Shown here in pieces: positions 25,217-34,205 of a stretch of DNA of 48,976 nt (position 1 is its first letter; every line of letters starts with the position of its first letter). The notes below the pieces were generated by a model that searched no databases, had not been told where the DNA came from, and worked only from the letters and a program-made list of their open reading frames with translations. Source of the DNA: an uncultured Chlorobiota bacterium (GTDB taxonomy: Bacteria; Bacteroidota; Bacteroidia; Bacteroidales; JAADGE01); NCBI GenBank assembly GCA_947311125.1, contig CAMZKI010000048.1, forward strand, positions 1 to 48,976, read 5' to 3'. The position numbers were made by a program, and so were the translations under genes.

Positions 25217-25819
25217 ATGCAAAATGCAGATAACATACATCCGGTCTTTGATCGGATAATAAGCAAGGAGCAGAAAGAACAACTTCTCAAACAAAGAGCA
25301 AAAGTGTTGTGGTTTACCGGATTGTCCGGTTCCGGAAAAACGACTTTGGGAGCTGCTGTCGAAAAAGAACTTTTTAACCGCGGTTTTCTTACGCAAATAT
25401 TAGACGGCGACAATATTCGCTCCGGTATCAATAAAAATCTGAAATTTACGGAAGAAGACAGAGTTGAGAATATTCGCAGAATTGCCGAGGTTACAAAACT
25501 TTTTTTGAACTGCGGAGTAATTACTATAAACTGTTTTATCAGCCCGACTGAAGAATCTCGAGATATTGCCAAAAGTATTATAGGTAAGGAGAATTATATA
25601 GAGGTTTACGTTAATACACCCATCGAAGTCTGCGAAAAACGAGATATAAAAGGCTTATATGCTAAAGCCAGAAACGGGGAAATAAAAAACTTCACGGGAA
25701 TAACATCACCGTTCGAAGCACCGAAAAATCCGGATATTATTATTAATACAGACAAACTGTCTCCGGAAGAATCTACCAAAAAGATTCTTAACTTTCTTTT
25801 GAAAAAAATTACATATTAA
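25217..25819 (+). CDS. cysC: Adenylyl-sulfate (APS) kinase
   Basis: VLWFTGLSGSGKTTLG P-loop, LDGDNIRSG, FISP and KGLYAKARNGEIKNFTGI are APS kinase hallmarks. Start set at the ATG at 25217. Confidence 0.93.
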   Translation: MQNADNIHPVFDRIISKEQKEQLLKQRAKVLWFTGLSGSGKTTLGAAVEKELFNRGFLTQILDGDNIRSGINKNLKFTEEDRVENIRRIAEVTKLFLNCGVITINCFISPTEESRDIAKSIIGKENYIEVYVNTPIEVCEKRDIKGLYAKARNGEIKNFTGITSPFEAPKNPDIIINTDKLSPEESTKKILNFLLKKITY

Positions 25820-25826
25820 GTTCTGA

Positions 25827-26696
25827 ATGACAGAAAAACAATTAAATAATATTGTGCCGGAAAATTGGTCTATGATAATCAAGCCAAAACGGCATTGGTT
25901 TGACATAAACCTTAAAGAATTATGGGCATACCGAGACCTTATAGCTCTGTTTGTAAGAAGAGATTTTGTAGCAAAATATAAACAGACAATATTAGGTCCT
26001 TTGTGGTTTATAATTCAACCGCTTTTAACAACACTTATGTTTACCGTTGTTTTCGGAAACATTGCAAAACTTTCTACTGACGGGCTGCCTAAAATACTTT
26101 TTTACTTTTCCGGAATTGTAGGATGGAACTATTTTGCAGAAAGCCTTAAAGCAACATCAAATACATTCGTTACAAATGCAAGTATATTCGGGAAAGTATA
26201 TTTTCCGAGATTAACAATGCCGATTTCAATAGTAATTTCAAATTTAGTCCTGTTTTTTATACAGTTCGTGTTTTTGTTGGTTTTTATCGGATATTATTAT
26301 TTCCTGGGCGTAAATATTTCAATAAGCTTCTACATTTTGCTTCTTCCCTTTTTAATTCTTATGACAGCAGGATTAGGGCTCGGCTTCGGTATAATTATAT
26401 CCTCCCTCACAACAAAATACAGAGACCTTACCTACCTGGTAACTTTCGGCGTTCAGCTATGGATGTATGCAACTCCTATCATATATCCTTTGTCAAGTAT
26501 AAGCGGAATATATAAAAAATTTATTCTGCTGAACCCTATGACGCCGATAATAGAAACATTCAGGTTTATTATGTTAGGTTCCGGAGAGCTTAATTTAGGG
26601 CAATTATTGTACAGTTTTATTTTTATGATTGCTACTTTAATTCTGGGGATTTTGCTGTTTAATAAGATAGAGCAGTCATTTATGGATACAGTTTAA
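25827..26696 (+). CDS. wzm: ABC-2 type polysaccharide export permease (Wzm/TagG-like)
   Basis: 289 aa with 6 TM segments. N-terminal WAYRDLIALFVRRDFVAKYKQTILGPLWFIIQPL is the ABC-2 signature region. Confidence 0.88.
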   Translation: MTEKQLNNIVPENWSMIIKPKRHWFDINLKELWAYRDLIALFVRRDFVAKYKQTILGPLWFIIQPLLTTLMFTVVFGNIAKLSTDGLPKILFYFSGIVGWNYFAESLKATSNTFVTNASIFGKVYFPRLTMPISIVISNLVLFFIQFVFLLVFIGYYYFLGVNISISFYILLLPFLILMTAGLGLGFGIIISSLTTKYRDLTYLVTFGVQLWMYATPIIYPLSSISGIYKKFILLNPMTPIIETFRFIMLGSGELNLGQLLYSFIFMIATLILGILLFNKIEQSFMDTV

Positions 26697-26708
26697 TCGT
26701 TTTTTCAG

Positions 26709-27992
26709 ATGTCGAATATTGCAATAAAATTAGAAAATATTTCAAAACAATACCGCCTCGGAGTTGTCGGAACAGGAACACTAAGCCATGACCTGAACCG
26801 TTGGTGGGCGAAAGTCAGAGGAAAAGAAGACCCGACGTTGAAAATCGGACAGGAAAATACCCTGGCTAAAGAAGGAGGAGATTACGTTTGGGCATTAAAA
26901 AATATAAACCTTGAAATAAAACAAGGCGAAGTACTCGGAATAATGGGAAAAAACGGTGCCGGAAAATCTACGCTTTTGAAACTTTTATCTCGGGTAACCG
27001 GACCTACAACCGGACAAATTAAGATTAAAGGGCGTATTGCCAGCCTGTTGGAAGTAGGAACAGGCTTTCACCCTGAATTAACAGGCAGAGAAAATATTTT
27101 TCTGAACGGGGCAATCCTCGGAATGCGAAAAGGGGAAATCCGAAAAAAACTTGATGAAATTGTTGATTTTGCCGGTGTCGCAAAATACTTAGACACACCT
27201 GTTAAACGCTACTCTTCAGGAATGTACGTTCGTCTTGCATTTGCCGTAGCCGCACATCTCGAACCGGACATTCTCGTTGTTGACGAAGTCCTTGCCGTAG
27301 GCGATGCCGAATTTCAGAAAAAAGCAATCGGAAAAATGCAGGACGTAAGCAAAGGTGGTGGCAGGACTGTGCTTTTTGTTAGCCATAATATGGCGAGTAT
27401 TCAACAATTGTGTTCAAGAGCTGTTGTTTTGCAAAGCGGTTCTGTTTTTTTTAACGGAAATGTTAAAAGTGCCGTAGAAAAATACTTGTTACAAAATATA
27501 AACTATTTTAACTCAAAAGGAAGATATGATTTTACAAATCAAAAAATAGGTGATGATAAATTTCTGCTGCAGGAAATAACAGTTTCTGATTCAAAAAATA
27601 AGATAAGAACACTTTTTCTGCAAGAAGAAGAAATTGTTATAAAAATAAAATTTAAACTGTTTTCCTTTATTGCCGGAATGAGAATAAACTTATGGATAAA
27701 AACAGTTTCCGGAATAATTGCTTTCGGAACCAGTTCTCACGAATTAACAAAGGACAGGTTAGACAAAGGTATATATAAAATAAAGGCAATAATACCTCCG
27801 GGGCTTTTAAATACAGGAAGGTATATTTTAGGAATTAATATAGGTATCCCCGGAGTGAAGTTTTTGGTTAAAAACTTTGACTTTGGTTTTGTTGATATTG
27901 AATCAGGAGCTGTTCACGGGTCTGCTTACAGTGAAAAGTGGGAAGGAATTGTTGCCCCAAAAATAGATTGGCTATATGAAGAAGTTAGTTAA
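26709..27992 (+). CDS. wzt: Polysaccharide ABC exporter ATPase (Wzt/TagH-like) with a C-terminal Wzt_C-like extension
   Basis: Walker A GKNGAGKST, signature YSSGMYVRLAFA and Walker B ILVVDE. About 180 extra C-terminal residues are rich in beta-strand-like sequence. Confidence 0.88.
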   Translation: MSNIAIKLENISKQYRLGVVGTGTLSHDLNRWWAKVRGKEDPTLKIGQENTLAKEGGDYVWALKNINLEIKQGEVLGIMGKNGAGKSTLLKLLSRVTGPTTGQIKIKGRIASLLEVGTGFHPELTGRENIFLNGAILGMRKGEIRKKLDEIVDFAGVAKYLDTPVKRYSSGMYVRLAFAVAAHLEPDILVVDEVLAVGDAEFQKKAIGKMQDVSKGGGRTVLFVSHNMASIQQLCSRAVVLQSGSVFFNGNVKSAVEKYLLQNINYFNSKGRYDFTNQKIGDDKFLLQEITVSDSKNKIRTLFLQEEEIVIKIKFKLFSFIAGMRINLWIKTVSGIIAFGTSSHELTKDRLDKGIYKIKAIIPPGLLNTGRYILGINIGIPGVKFLVKNFDFGFVDIESGAVHGSAYSEKWEGIVAPKIDWLYEEVS

Positions 27993-28788
27993 GACAATTA
28001 TTAAAAAAAAACTGAACAGATATGTAGAAAGCAAAATAAAGTCTGTTATGTCTTCAGATTTTTTTATTCCTGTTACAGAAACAAAAGATGAAGATATTTT
28101 TATCGTTGCTTTTCCTAAATCAGGTATTACCTGGATGCAGTCTGTTGTTTCCGGGCTTTTATTTGAAATAAATACAGAATATTTAACAGATCATTTGGCA
28201 CAGGAAATTGTTCCGGATGTTCACGCCCGTAAATTTTATAAAAGATTTTCGGAGTTTAATTTCTTTAAGTCCCACAATCTTCCCCAAAAACAGTATCGCC
28301 GTGTAATTTATTTAGTCAGAGACGGCCGTGATGCTTTAACGTCATATTATTTTTTTAACAAAGAGTTAGGCAACAACTTTTCTCTGGAGGAAATGGTTAC
28401 GGAGGGAAAGGGGATTTTTCCGTCTAAGTGGCACTGCCATGTAAAAAAGTGGCTTGAAAATCCCTATAATGCGGATATTATATATGTGAGATATGAGGAT
28501 TTATTAAAAAATCCGCTAACAGAATTACAAAGGATTTGTAAATTTTCGGGACTGGAACGAAATAATGAAACTTTGAAAAAAATAATTGACGGAACATCAA
28601 TAAAGAAGATGAAACAACGGGCTAAACAATACGGAGGACTGGCTCACAGTGCATGGAAAGGAGAAAAGGGAGAAAAATTTTTCCGTAAAGGAACAATAGG
28701 AGACTATAAAAATTATTTCTCTCCGGATATTTTAAACTTTTTTAATAATGAAGCAAAAGAAGAGTTAGCAAAGTTTAATTATTTATAA
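27976..28788 (+). CDS. Sulfotransfer_1 (PF00685-like, eukaryote-type) PAPS-dependent sulfotransferase
   Basis: 5'-PSB AFPKSGITWMQ, 3'-PB YLVRDGRDALTSYYFF and C-terminal FRKGTIGDYKNYFS. Overlaps the wzt end by 17 nt. Confidence 0.85.
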   Translation: MKKLVKTIIKKKLNRYVESKIKSVMSSDFFIPVTETKDEDIFIVAFPKSGITWMQSVVSGLLFEINTEYLTDHLAQEIVPDVHARKFYKRFSEFNFFKSHNLPQKQYRRVIYLVRDGRDALTSYYFFNKELGNNFSLEEMVTEGKGIFPSKWHCHVKKWLENPYNADIIYVRYEDLLKNPLTELQRICKFSGLERNNETLKKIIDGTSIKKMKQRAKQYGGLAHSAWKGEKGEKFFRKGTIGDYKNYFSPDILNFFNNEAKEELAKFNYL

Positions 28789-28823
28789 ATCCCGAGCAGC
28801 AGATTTAATTAAAACCTATATTT

Positions 28824-29486
28824 ATGGTGTTACTTATTAAAAAAATATTAAAACGAATATTAAGTTTCATTTACCCGGAGCTAAAGCCTGTTTTATATTA
28901 TAAATTAAATTTAAACTCTCTAAGGTCTTCTGCTTTTAACACTGTTTTAGGCAAACATGTAAAACTTTATCCCACATATAAAATAAATAACACCACAATC
29001 GGAGACTATACATATATTGCACAAAACTCACAAGTTAATAATACATCAATAGGAAAATTTTGTTCAATCGGTCCCGGTTTCAAATGCGGCTGGGGAGTTC
29101 ATCCGACAAACGGACTTTCAACCAGCCCCGTGTTTTATTCAACATTAAAGCAAAACGGAATAACTTTCAGCAAAACAAACAAAATTGAAGAAACAAAGCC
29201 GATATCAATAGGAAACGATGTTTTTATCGGCAGAGATGTTATAATTTTAGATGGTGTAACAATAGGAAACGGTGCCGTTATAGGGGCAGGAACCGTTGTT
29301 TCAAAAGACATCCCTGACTTTGCCGTTGCTGTCGGCTGTCCGGTTAAGATTGTAAAATATCGGTTCTCGGAAGAACAGAGAAAAAACCTTAACAAAATAA
29401 AATGGTGGGACTTTAATGAAGAGAAATTAAAAAATGTCGAAAAATACTTTTTTGATATTGATAGTTTTATAAAAGAATTTGAATAA
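28824..29486 (+). CDS. Hexapeptide-repeat (XAT/CatB-like) O-acetyltransferase
   Basis: Left-handed beta-helix repeats (IGNDVFIGRDVIILDGVTIGNGAVIGAGTVV) and a C-terminal KYRFSEEQ...WWDF motif typical of the xenobiotic acetyltransferase family. Confidence 0.8.
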   Translation: MVLLIKKILKRILSFIYPELKPVLYYKLNLNSLRSSAFNTVLGKHVKLYPTYKINNTTIGDYTYIAQNSQVNNTSIGKFCSIGPGFKCGWGVHPTNGLSTSPVFYSTLKQNGITFSKTNKIEETKPISIGNDVFIGRDVIILDGVTIGNGAVIGAGTVVSKDIPDFAVAVGCPVKIVKYRFSEEQRKNLNKIKWWDFNEEKLKNVEKYFFDIDSFIKEFE

Positions 29487-30583
29487 TGAAAAAAGCAGCT
29501 CTCTTCTTTGACCGCAGTTATGTTGATGCTCACTTTTGCTTTACGGAGTTGGCAAAACATCTTGTCGAAAACAATTTCTCGGTAGACTTGTATCATCTTG
29601 CAAATCCGTATAATCCGCCGCCCGTTTTTTATGACGACAGAATAAGAGTTTTTAGTTTCCCTTTGTCTAAATTTCAAAAAACAGAGTTTCAGACTAAAAT
29701 AAGGTTTTATAAAGATTATAAATATTCCGTAGTTTTCGGAACGCCGGTAAAAGGCGTTTGGCTGGCATATCAGGCAGCAAAAACACAAAAAATACCTTTA
29801 ATTTACCTTGCCGATGAAATTATTAACCCTAAAACGAAACATTTTGCCGGTATTGATTACGAAAAAGACAAGAAAAAAGATATTATTGCCAATAAATATG
29901 CAGCAGCTACGATAGCTTTAAGCGAAAAAAGATTTCAATATCAAAAAAAAATAAATGTTTTGCCCGATGAGCATAAATACTTTGTTATACCCAATGCTCC
30001 GGCAGGCAGTGCCGTAAAACTAAAGAGTAATTACTTCAGAGATATTTTTAATATAAATGATAATAAGCCGATAATATTATTTATAGGATCTATAAATTGG
30101 AAGTTGGCAAAAAAAATTTTTGAAGACACAAAAAACTTCAAAAATAAAGAATATCATATTATTTTTCACGGCAGAAGCAAAAATCAAATGGGAAAAGAAA
30201 AGCACCCGTTTATAAAAATTTCAGAAACACCGCTGCCTTCATACCTGATAAATTATGCTTTCAGCTCTGCCGATATAGGGCTGGCTCTTTATGACAAAAC
30301 ATCCGTTGCAGAAGCAGAAAACGGAGAAACAGGCGGAAAAATAGGAACATACTTAAAAAACAAGCTCCCTCTTATTGCAGGAAATTTAGATGTTTTTCAT
30401 ACCTTTGAGGAAAAGAATGTCGGTGTTTTTTGGGACGGAAACGAGGATATAGATAAGATTATCAAAAAAGCAATATCAAAAAAAGATGTGATGACTGAAA
30501 ATATTCCTTTATTTTTTGAAAAAAATTATAATTATGACACGTTCTTTAATCCGTTTTTGACCTTTATCAATGAAATTATTTAG
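29486..30583 (+). CDS. Divergent GT-B-fold glycosyltransferase-like protein
   Basis: 365 aa. Two Rossmann-like halves (PIILFIGSINW..., GGKIGTYLKNKLPLIAG). No clear EX7E motif. Start overlaps the upstream stop (TAATG). Confidence 0.45.
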   Translation: MKKAALFFDRSYVDAHFCFTELAKHLVENNFSVDLYHLANPYNPPPVFYDDRIRVFSFPLSKFQKTEFQTKIRFYKDYKYSVVFGTPVKGVWLAYQAAKTQKIPLIYLADEIINPKTKHFAGIDYEKDKKKDIIANKYAAATIALSEKRFQYQKKINVLPDEHKYFVIPNAPAGSAVKLKSNYFRDIFNINDNKPIILFIGSINWKLAKKIFEDTKNFKNKEYHIIFHGRSKNQMGKEKHPFIKISETPLPSYLINYAFSSADIGLALYDKTSVAEAENGETGGKIGTYLKNKLPLIAGNLDVFHTFEEKNVGVFWDGNEDIDKIIKKAISKKDVMTENIPLFFEKNYNYDTFFNPFLTFINEII

Positions 30584-31280
30584 CCTTTATAAAGCAATAA
30601 AAAGAGCCTTAGTTCCTGAACTTAAAAAGTTTTATTCTAATGAATTAATTATAAAAAGGAACGATTATCAAAGAAAAGATATTTTTGTTTCACCTTTTTT
30701 TACAATTGAAAACACAAATTTATCCTGCGGGGTCAGGCTGTACGGCAGAGGAAAAGTTACAAAAAGCAAAATAGGAAGTTACACATATATACACACAGAC
30801 TCAACTATTGCTTATGCTGAAATCGGAAAATTTTGCAGTATAGCACAAAATACAATTATAGCACAAGGTGAACACCCTGCAGACTTTATTTCAACCCATC
30901 CTGTTTTCTACTCAAAAAATGCCCCGTGGAATGATAAATTTTCAAATGAAGACATTATTGAAGAGCACTCAAGCGTAATTATAGGAAATGATGTATGGAT
31001 AGGTGCGGGATGCTATATTAAAGACGGGGTAAAAATAGGAAACGGGGCAATCATAGCTTCCGGCTCTGTTGTTGTAAAAAACGTACCCGACTATGCAATT
31101 GTCGGGGGTGTCCCTGCAAAATTAATAAAATACAGGTTTTCAGAAGAAATAATAAAATTGCTGTCAGATTTAAAATGGTGGGATTATGACATCGATATAC
31201 TGAAAAAACATAAGGGTTTTTTTCAAAAAAAAATAACCGAAAAAGAATTAACATCTCTCATTGAATCTTTAAAAAAATAA
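30570..31280 (+). CDS. Hexapeptide-repeat (XAT/CatB-like) O-acetyltransferase, paralog of 28824-29486
   Basis: IGNDVWIGAGCYIKDGVKIGNGAIIASGSVV and KYRFSEEI...WWDY align with the other acetyltransferase. Confidence 0.8.
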   Translation: MKLFSLYKAIKRALVPELKKFYSNELIIKRNDYQRKDIFVSPFFTIENTNLSCGVRLYGRGKVTKSKIGSYTYIHTDSTIAYAEIGKFCSIAQNTIIAQGEHPADFISTHPVFYSKNAPWNDKFSNEDIIEEHSSVIIGNDVWIGAGCYIKDGVKIGNGAIIASGSVVVKNVPDYAIVGGVPAKLIKYRFSEEIIKLLSDLKWWDYDIDILKKHKGFFQKKITEKELTSLIESLKK

Positions 31281-31281
31281 A

Positions 31282-31683
31282 ATGAGTAAAAAACCTTACA
31301 TAATAAATCTAAAATCAATAGGTTCAAGCAGTCTGGGATATATTACCGTTGCAGAACAAAAAAAAAATATTCCGTTTGAGATAAAAAGAGTTTATTGGAC
31401 ATATTTTACCCCCAATGATGTTGAAAGAGGAAATCATGCACACAAAAAATTAGAACAAGTAATAATTGCAGTAAGCGGAATAATAAAATTTACCTTGGAA
31501 GATTCTTCGGGAAACAAAACCAAATTTGTTCTTGACTCTCCGGATAAAGGATTATACATACCGAATATGTACTGGCGGAAAATTAAATTTTCACATAATG
31601 CCGTGTTGCTGTGTCTTGCTTCGGAGTTTTACGATGAAAACGATTATATCAGAAATTATGCAAATTTTCTCGGTAAATTATAA
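31282..31683 (+). CDS. fdtA: WxcM/FdtA-like cupin: dTDP-4-keto-6-deoxyhexose 3,4-ketoisomerase
   Basis: 133 aa. IPFEIKRVYWTY...RGNHAHKKLEQVIIAVSG matches the FdtA/QdtA family. Fuc3N versus Qui3N stereochemistry cannot be told by eye. Confidence 0.75.
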   Translation: MSKKPYIINLKSIGSSSLGYITVAEQKKNIPFEIKRVYWTYFTPNDVERGNHAHKKLEQVIIAVSGIIKFTLEDSSGNKTKFVLDSPDKGLYIPNMYWRKIKFSHNAVLLCLASEFYDENDYIRNYANFLGKL

Positions 31684-31686
31684 ATT

Positions 31687-32610
31687 ATGAAAAGATCATA
31701 TATTTTTATTGGAGGGCTACCGCGTTCCGGCTCTACGTTATTACAAAAAATTTTAAACACACATTCTTTAATTGCCGGAGGACCGGAGTTTAGAAATTTA
31801 GACAAAATACTTTCTCTGAAAAATGTGATTTTGAATAATAATGAACTCAAAAATTTTCTTGGAGAAGAACAAATAAATAATTCAACAAAATTGTTTATAA
31901 ATTCACTTTTCCTGGATAATAAGAATTTTTCGGATTATACATACTTTAGCGAAAAAACACCTGAAAATGTTTTTATATTCGAGGAGTTATTATATTTATT
32001 TCCGGATGCAAAATTTATTTTAACTGTCAGAAACCCGTTTTCTGTTATCGCTTCACTAAAAAAAGTCAGAGAAAGAGGAAAGAAGAACGGGCAAATCGTT
32101 ACCGGTAACGTAATTGAAAACTCGCTTTATGTTAAGAGAATGTTTAATGAAATATTTTACCTGAAAAAAAAGTATTCAAAAAAAATCTGTACTGTAAATT
32201 ATGACGATATAATTAACAACAGTGAGCAAGAGATAAGAGCAATTTGTGATTACTTAGGAATACAATTCGAAACAAAAATGTTAAAGCCGAATAATATTAA
32301 TGTTGAAAACCGAAAAATATGGATGACAAGTAGTGACAACATAAACAAAATTGACGATTCAAGGTTAAATAAATGGATTAAAGACCTTTCAAACACAGAA
32401 AAGCATATTGTAAATTACATATTTAAAGATACCTGTAAACAGGAACATCTTCAAAAATATCAACTCGGTTCAGAACAAAAAAAATACAAAATAATTGCGA
32501 AAACTTTAATTACACTAAATAACTTAAAACTAAAACTGAAAAACTCCTTATATTTGTTTTTAATGTATAAAATAAAACTAATAAGTCCTCCGGTTTATCA
32601 AATTAAATAA
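31687..32610 (+). CDS. Sulfotransferase family protein (Sulfotransfer_3-like)
   Basis: IFIGGLPRSGSTLLQKIL (5'-PSB) and LTVRNPFSVIASL (3'-PB-like). Confidence 0.78.
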   Translation: MKRSYIFIGGLPRSGSTLLQKILNTHSLIAGGPEFRNLDKILSLKNVILNNNELKNFLGEEQINNSTKLFINSLFLDNKNFSDYTYFSEKTPENVFIFEELLYLFPDAKFILTVRNPFSVIASLKKVRERGKKNGQIVTGNVIENSLYVKRMFNEIFYLKKKYSKKICTVNYDDIINNSEQEIRAICDYLGIQFETKMLKPNNINVENRKIWMTSSDNINKIDDSRLNKWIKDLSNTEKHIVNYIFKDTCKQEHLQKYQLGSEQKKYKIIAKTLITLNNLKLKLKNSLYLFLMYKIKLISPPVYQIK

Positions 32611-32625
32611 AAAAGCTTTAAAAAG

Positions 32626-33177
32626 ATGATTCACAAAAAAGCAGATGTTCAATCTGTAAATATTGGGGAAAATACAAACATTTGGCAATTTGCCGTAATA
32701 TTAAAAGATGCTGTCATTGGAGCAAACTGTAATATTAATTGTCATACTTTTATTGAAAATAATGTAATTATCGGAAATAATGTTACGATAAAAGCAGGGG
32801 TCTACCTTTGGAGTGGAATAACTGTAGAAGACAATGTCTTTATTGGCCCTAATGCAACCTTTGTTAATGATACTTACCCAAGGTCTAAGCAGTATAAAAA
32901 ATTTAAGGGTGCTCTCATTAAAAAAGGAGCTTCAATTGGTGCAAATGCAACAATACTTGGAAATCTTACAATTGGAGAATACTCAATGATAGGAGCCGGA
33001 AGTGTTGTTGTTAAGAGCACTCCGAAATACTCTCTTTGGGTAGGAAACCCTGCAAAGCAAGTAGGTTATATAACTAAAGACGGAGTTACTCTTGACATGA
33101 ATTTTAGAAACAAAAAAACAGGAGATGTCTATTTTTTTGATAAAACCGGAGAACTCGTATTAATGCAGGATAATTAG
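32626..33177 (+). CDS. fdtC: FdtC/QdtC-like hexapeptide N-acetyltransferase (dTDP-3-amino-3,6-dideoxyhexose N-acetyltransferase)
   Basis: MIHKKADVQS..IGENTNIWQFAVI...IGANCNINCHTFIENNVIIGNNVTIKAGVYLW, plus a C-terminal extension as in WxcM-type acetyltransferases. Confidence 0.7.
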   Translation: MIHKKADVQSVNIGENTNIWQFAVILKDAVIGANCNINCHTFIENNVIIGNNVTIKAGVYLWSGITVEDNVFIGPNATFVNDTYPRSKQYKKFKGALIKKGASIGANATILGNLTIGEYSMIGAGSVVVKSTPKYSLWVGNPAKQVGYITKDGVTLDMNFRNKKTGDVYFFDKTGELVLMQDN

Positions 33178-33239
33178 AATTCTTAAAGATTGCTAATTGT
33201 TCATAAAAATAACTAATGTTTATTTTAAAATCATTATAA

Positions 33240-34205
33240 ATGATATCAGTAGTTGTTATAACATATAATCATAAATATTTTATACAAGATTGTATTCAAA
33301 GCATACTTTCTCAGTCTTACCAAGATTTTGAAATAATTATTACAGACGACTGTTCAAATGACGGAACTGTTGAAATTTTAAAAAAAATCGAAAGCTCAGA
33401 CAACAGAATAAAAGTATTGTATTCCGAAAAAAATCAAGGAATATCCGGAAATATAAACAGAGGTTTCAAAATAGCAAAAGGAGAATATATTGCCATAATT
33501 GCAGGAGACGATTTAATGCTCCCCGAAAAACTTCAAAAACAAGTCAATCTCTTAGACAACAACCCTGATGTCGGTATCTGCCTGCACGATATGGAAGTTT
33601 TTGACTCAAACACGGGAAAAACAATGTATTTGTTTTCGGAAAAAAACAATATCCCTGCAAAAATTGAAGATAATTTATTCTTTACGAATTGGTTCTTTTA
33701 TAAAGAGCCTGCAAAAACAATTCCGTCATCTACATTAGCCCGAAAAGAATATTTTTTACATAATTTTTTCGATGAACGTTTAAAATACAGCAATGAAGTA
33801 TTGCACGGTTGGCTGAACTACGGAGCAAATCCGAAAATGAAAATGGGGTTTATTAACGAACCTCTCGGAAGATACAGAATACATGAAAATAATTTACACA
33901 CAAGCAAAGCACACAAAGATTTAGGATTAGAAGAATTGTATTTGATATTTGCAATAGCCTCTGTAAGGTGCCCGAATATTTATAAACAAATAAAAAACTT
34001 TACAGACTATACATTATTTGCATCTCTGGTATTTGAATGGCTACCTGAAAAAAAAAGAAAATATTATCTGAAAATGTTTTACAGGCAGGCAGGAATTGCT
34101 AAATACTTGTATCTCATTTTTTGTAAAACACTTAAAAAACTGAACCTGCTGTTTTTGTTTTTTAAACCTTTACGACTCATATATAAATTAAGAAACAAAA
34201 GATGA
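33240..34205 (+). CDS. Family 2 glycosyltransferase
   Basis: [38 protein letters not shown] and AGDD (DXD-like) motifs. Confidence 0.88.
   Translation: MISVVVITYNHKYFIQDCIQSILSQSYQDFEIIITDDCSNDGTVEILKKIESSDNRIKVLYSEKNQGISGNINRGFKIAKGEYIAIIAGDDLMLPEKLQKQVNLLDNNPDVGICLHDMEVFDSNTGKTMYLFSEKNNIPAKIEDNLFFTNWFFYKEPAKTIPSSTLARKEYFLHNFFDERLKYSNEVLHGWLNYGANPKMKMGFINEPLGRYRIHENNLHTSKAHKDLGLEELYLIFAIASVRCPNIYKQIKNFTDYTLFASLVFEWLPEKKRKYYLKMFYRQAGIAKYLYLIFCKTLKKLNLLFLFFKPLRLIYKLRNKR

Noticed and set aside
29135-29788. 217-aa minus-strand ORF across the acetyltransferase / GT-B-like junction
   Set aside because: It is antisense to two well-supported plus-strand genes inside a tightly coupled operon. It has no motifs and a Phe/Ile/Lys-rich composition.
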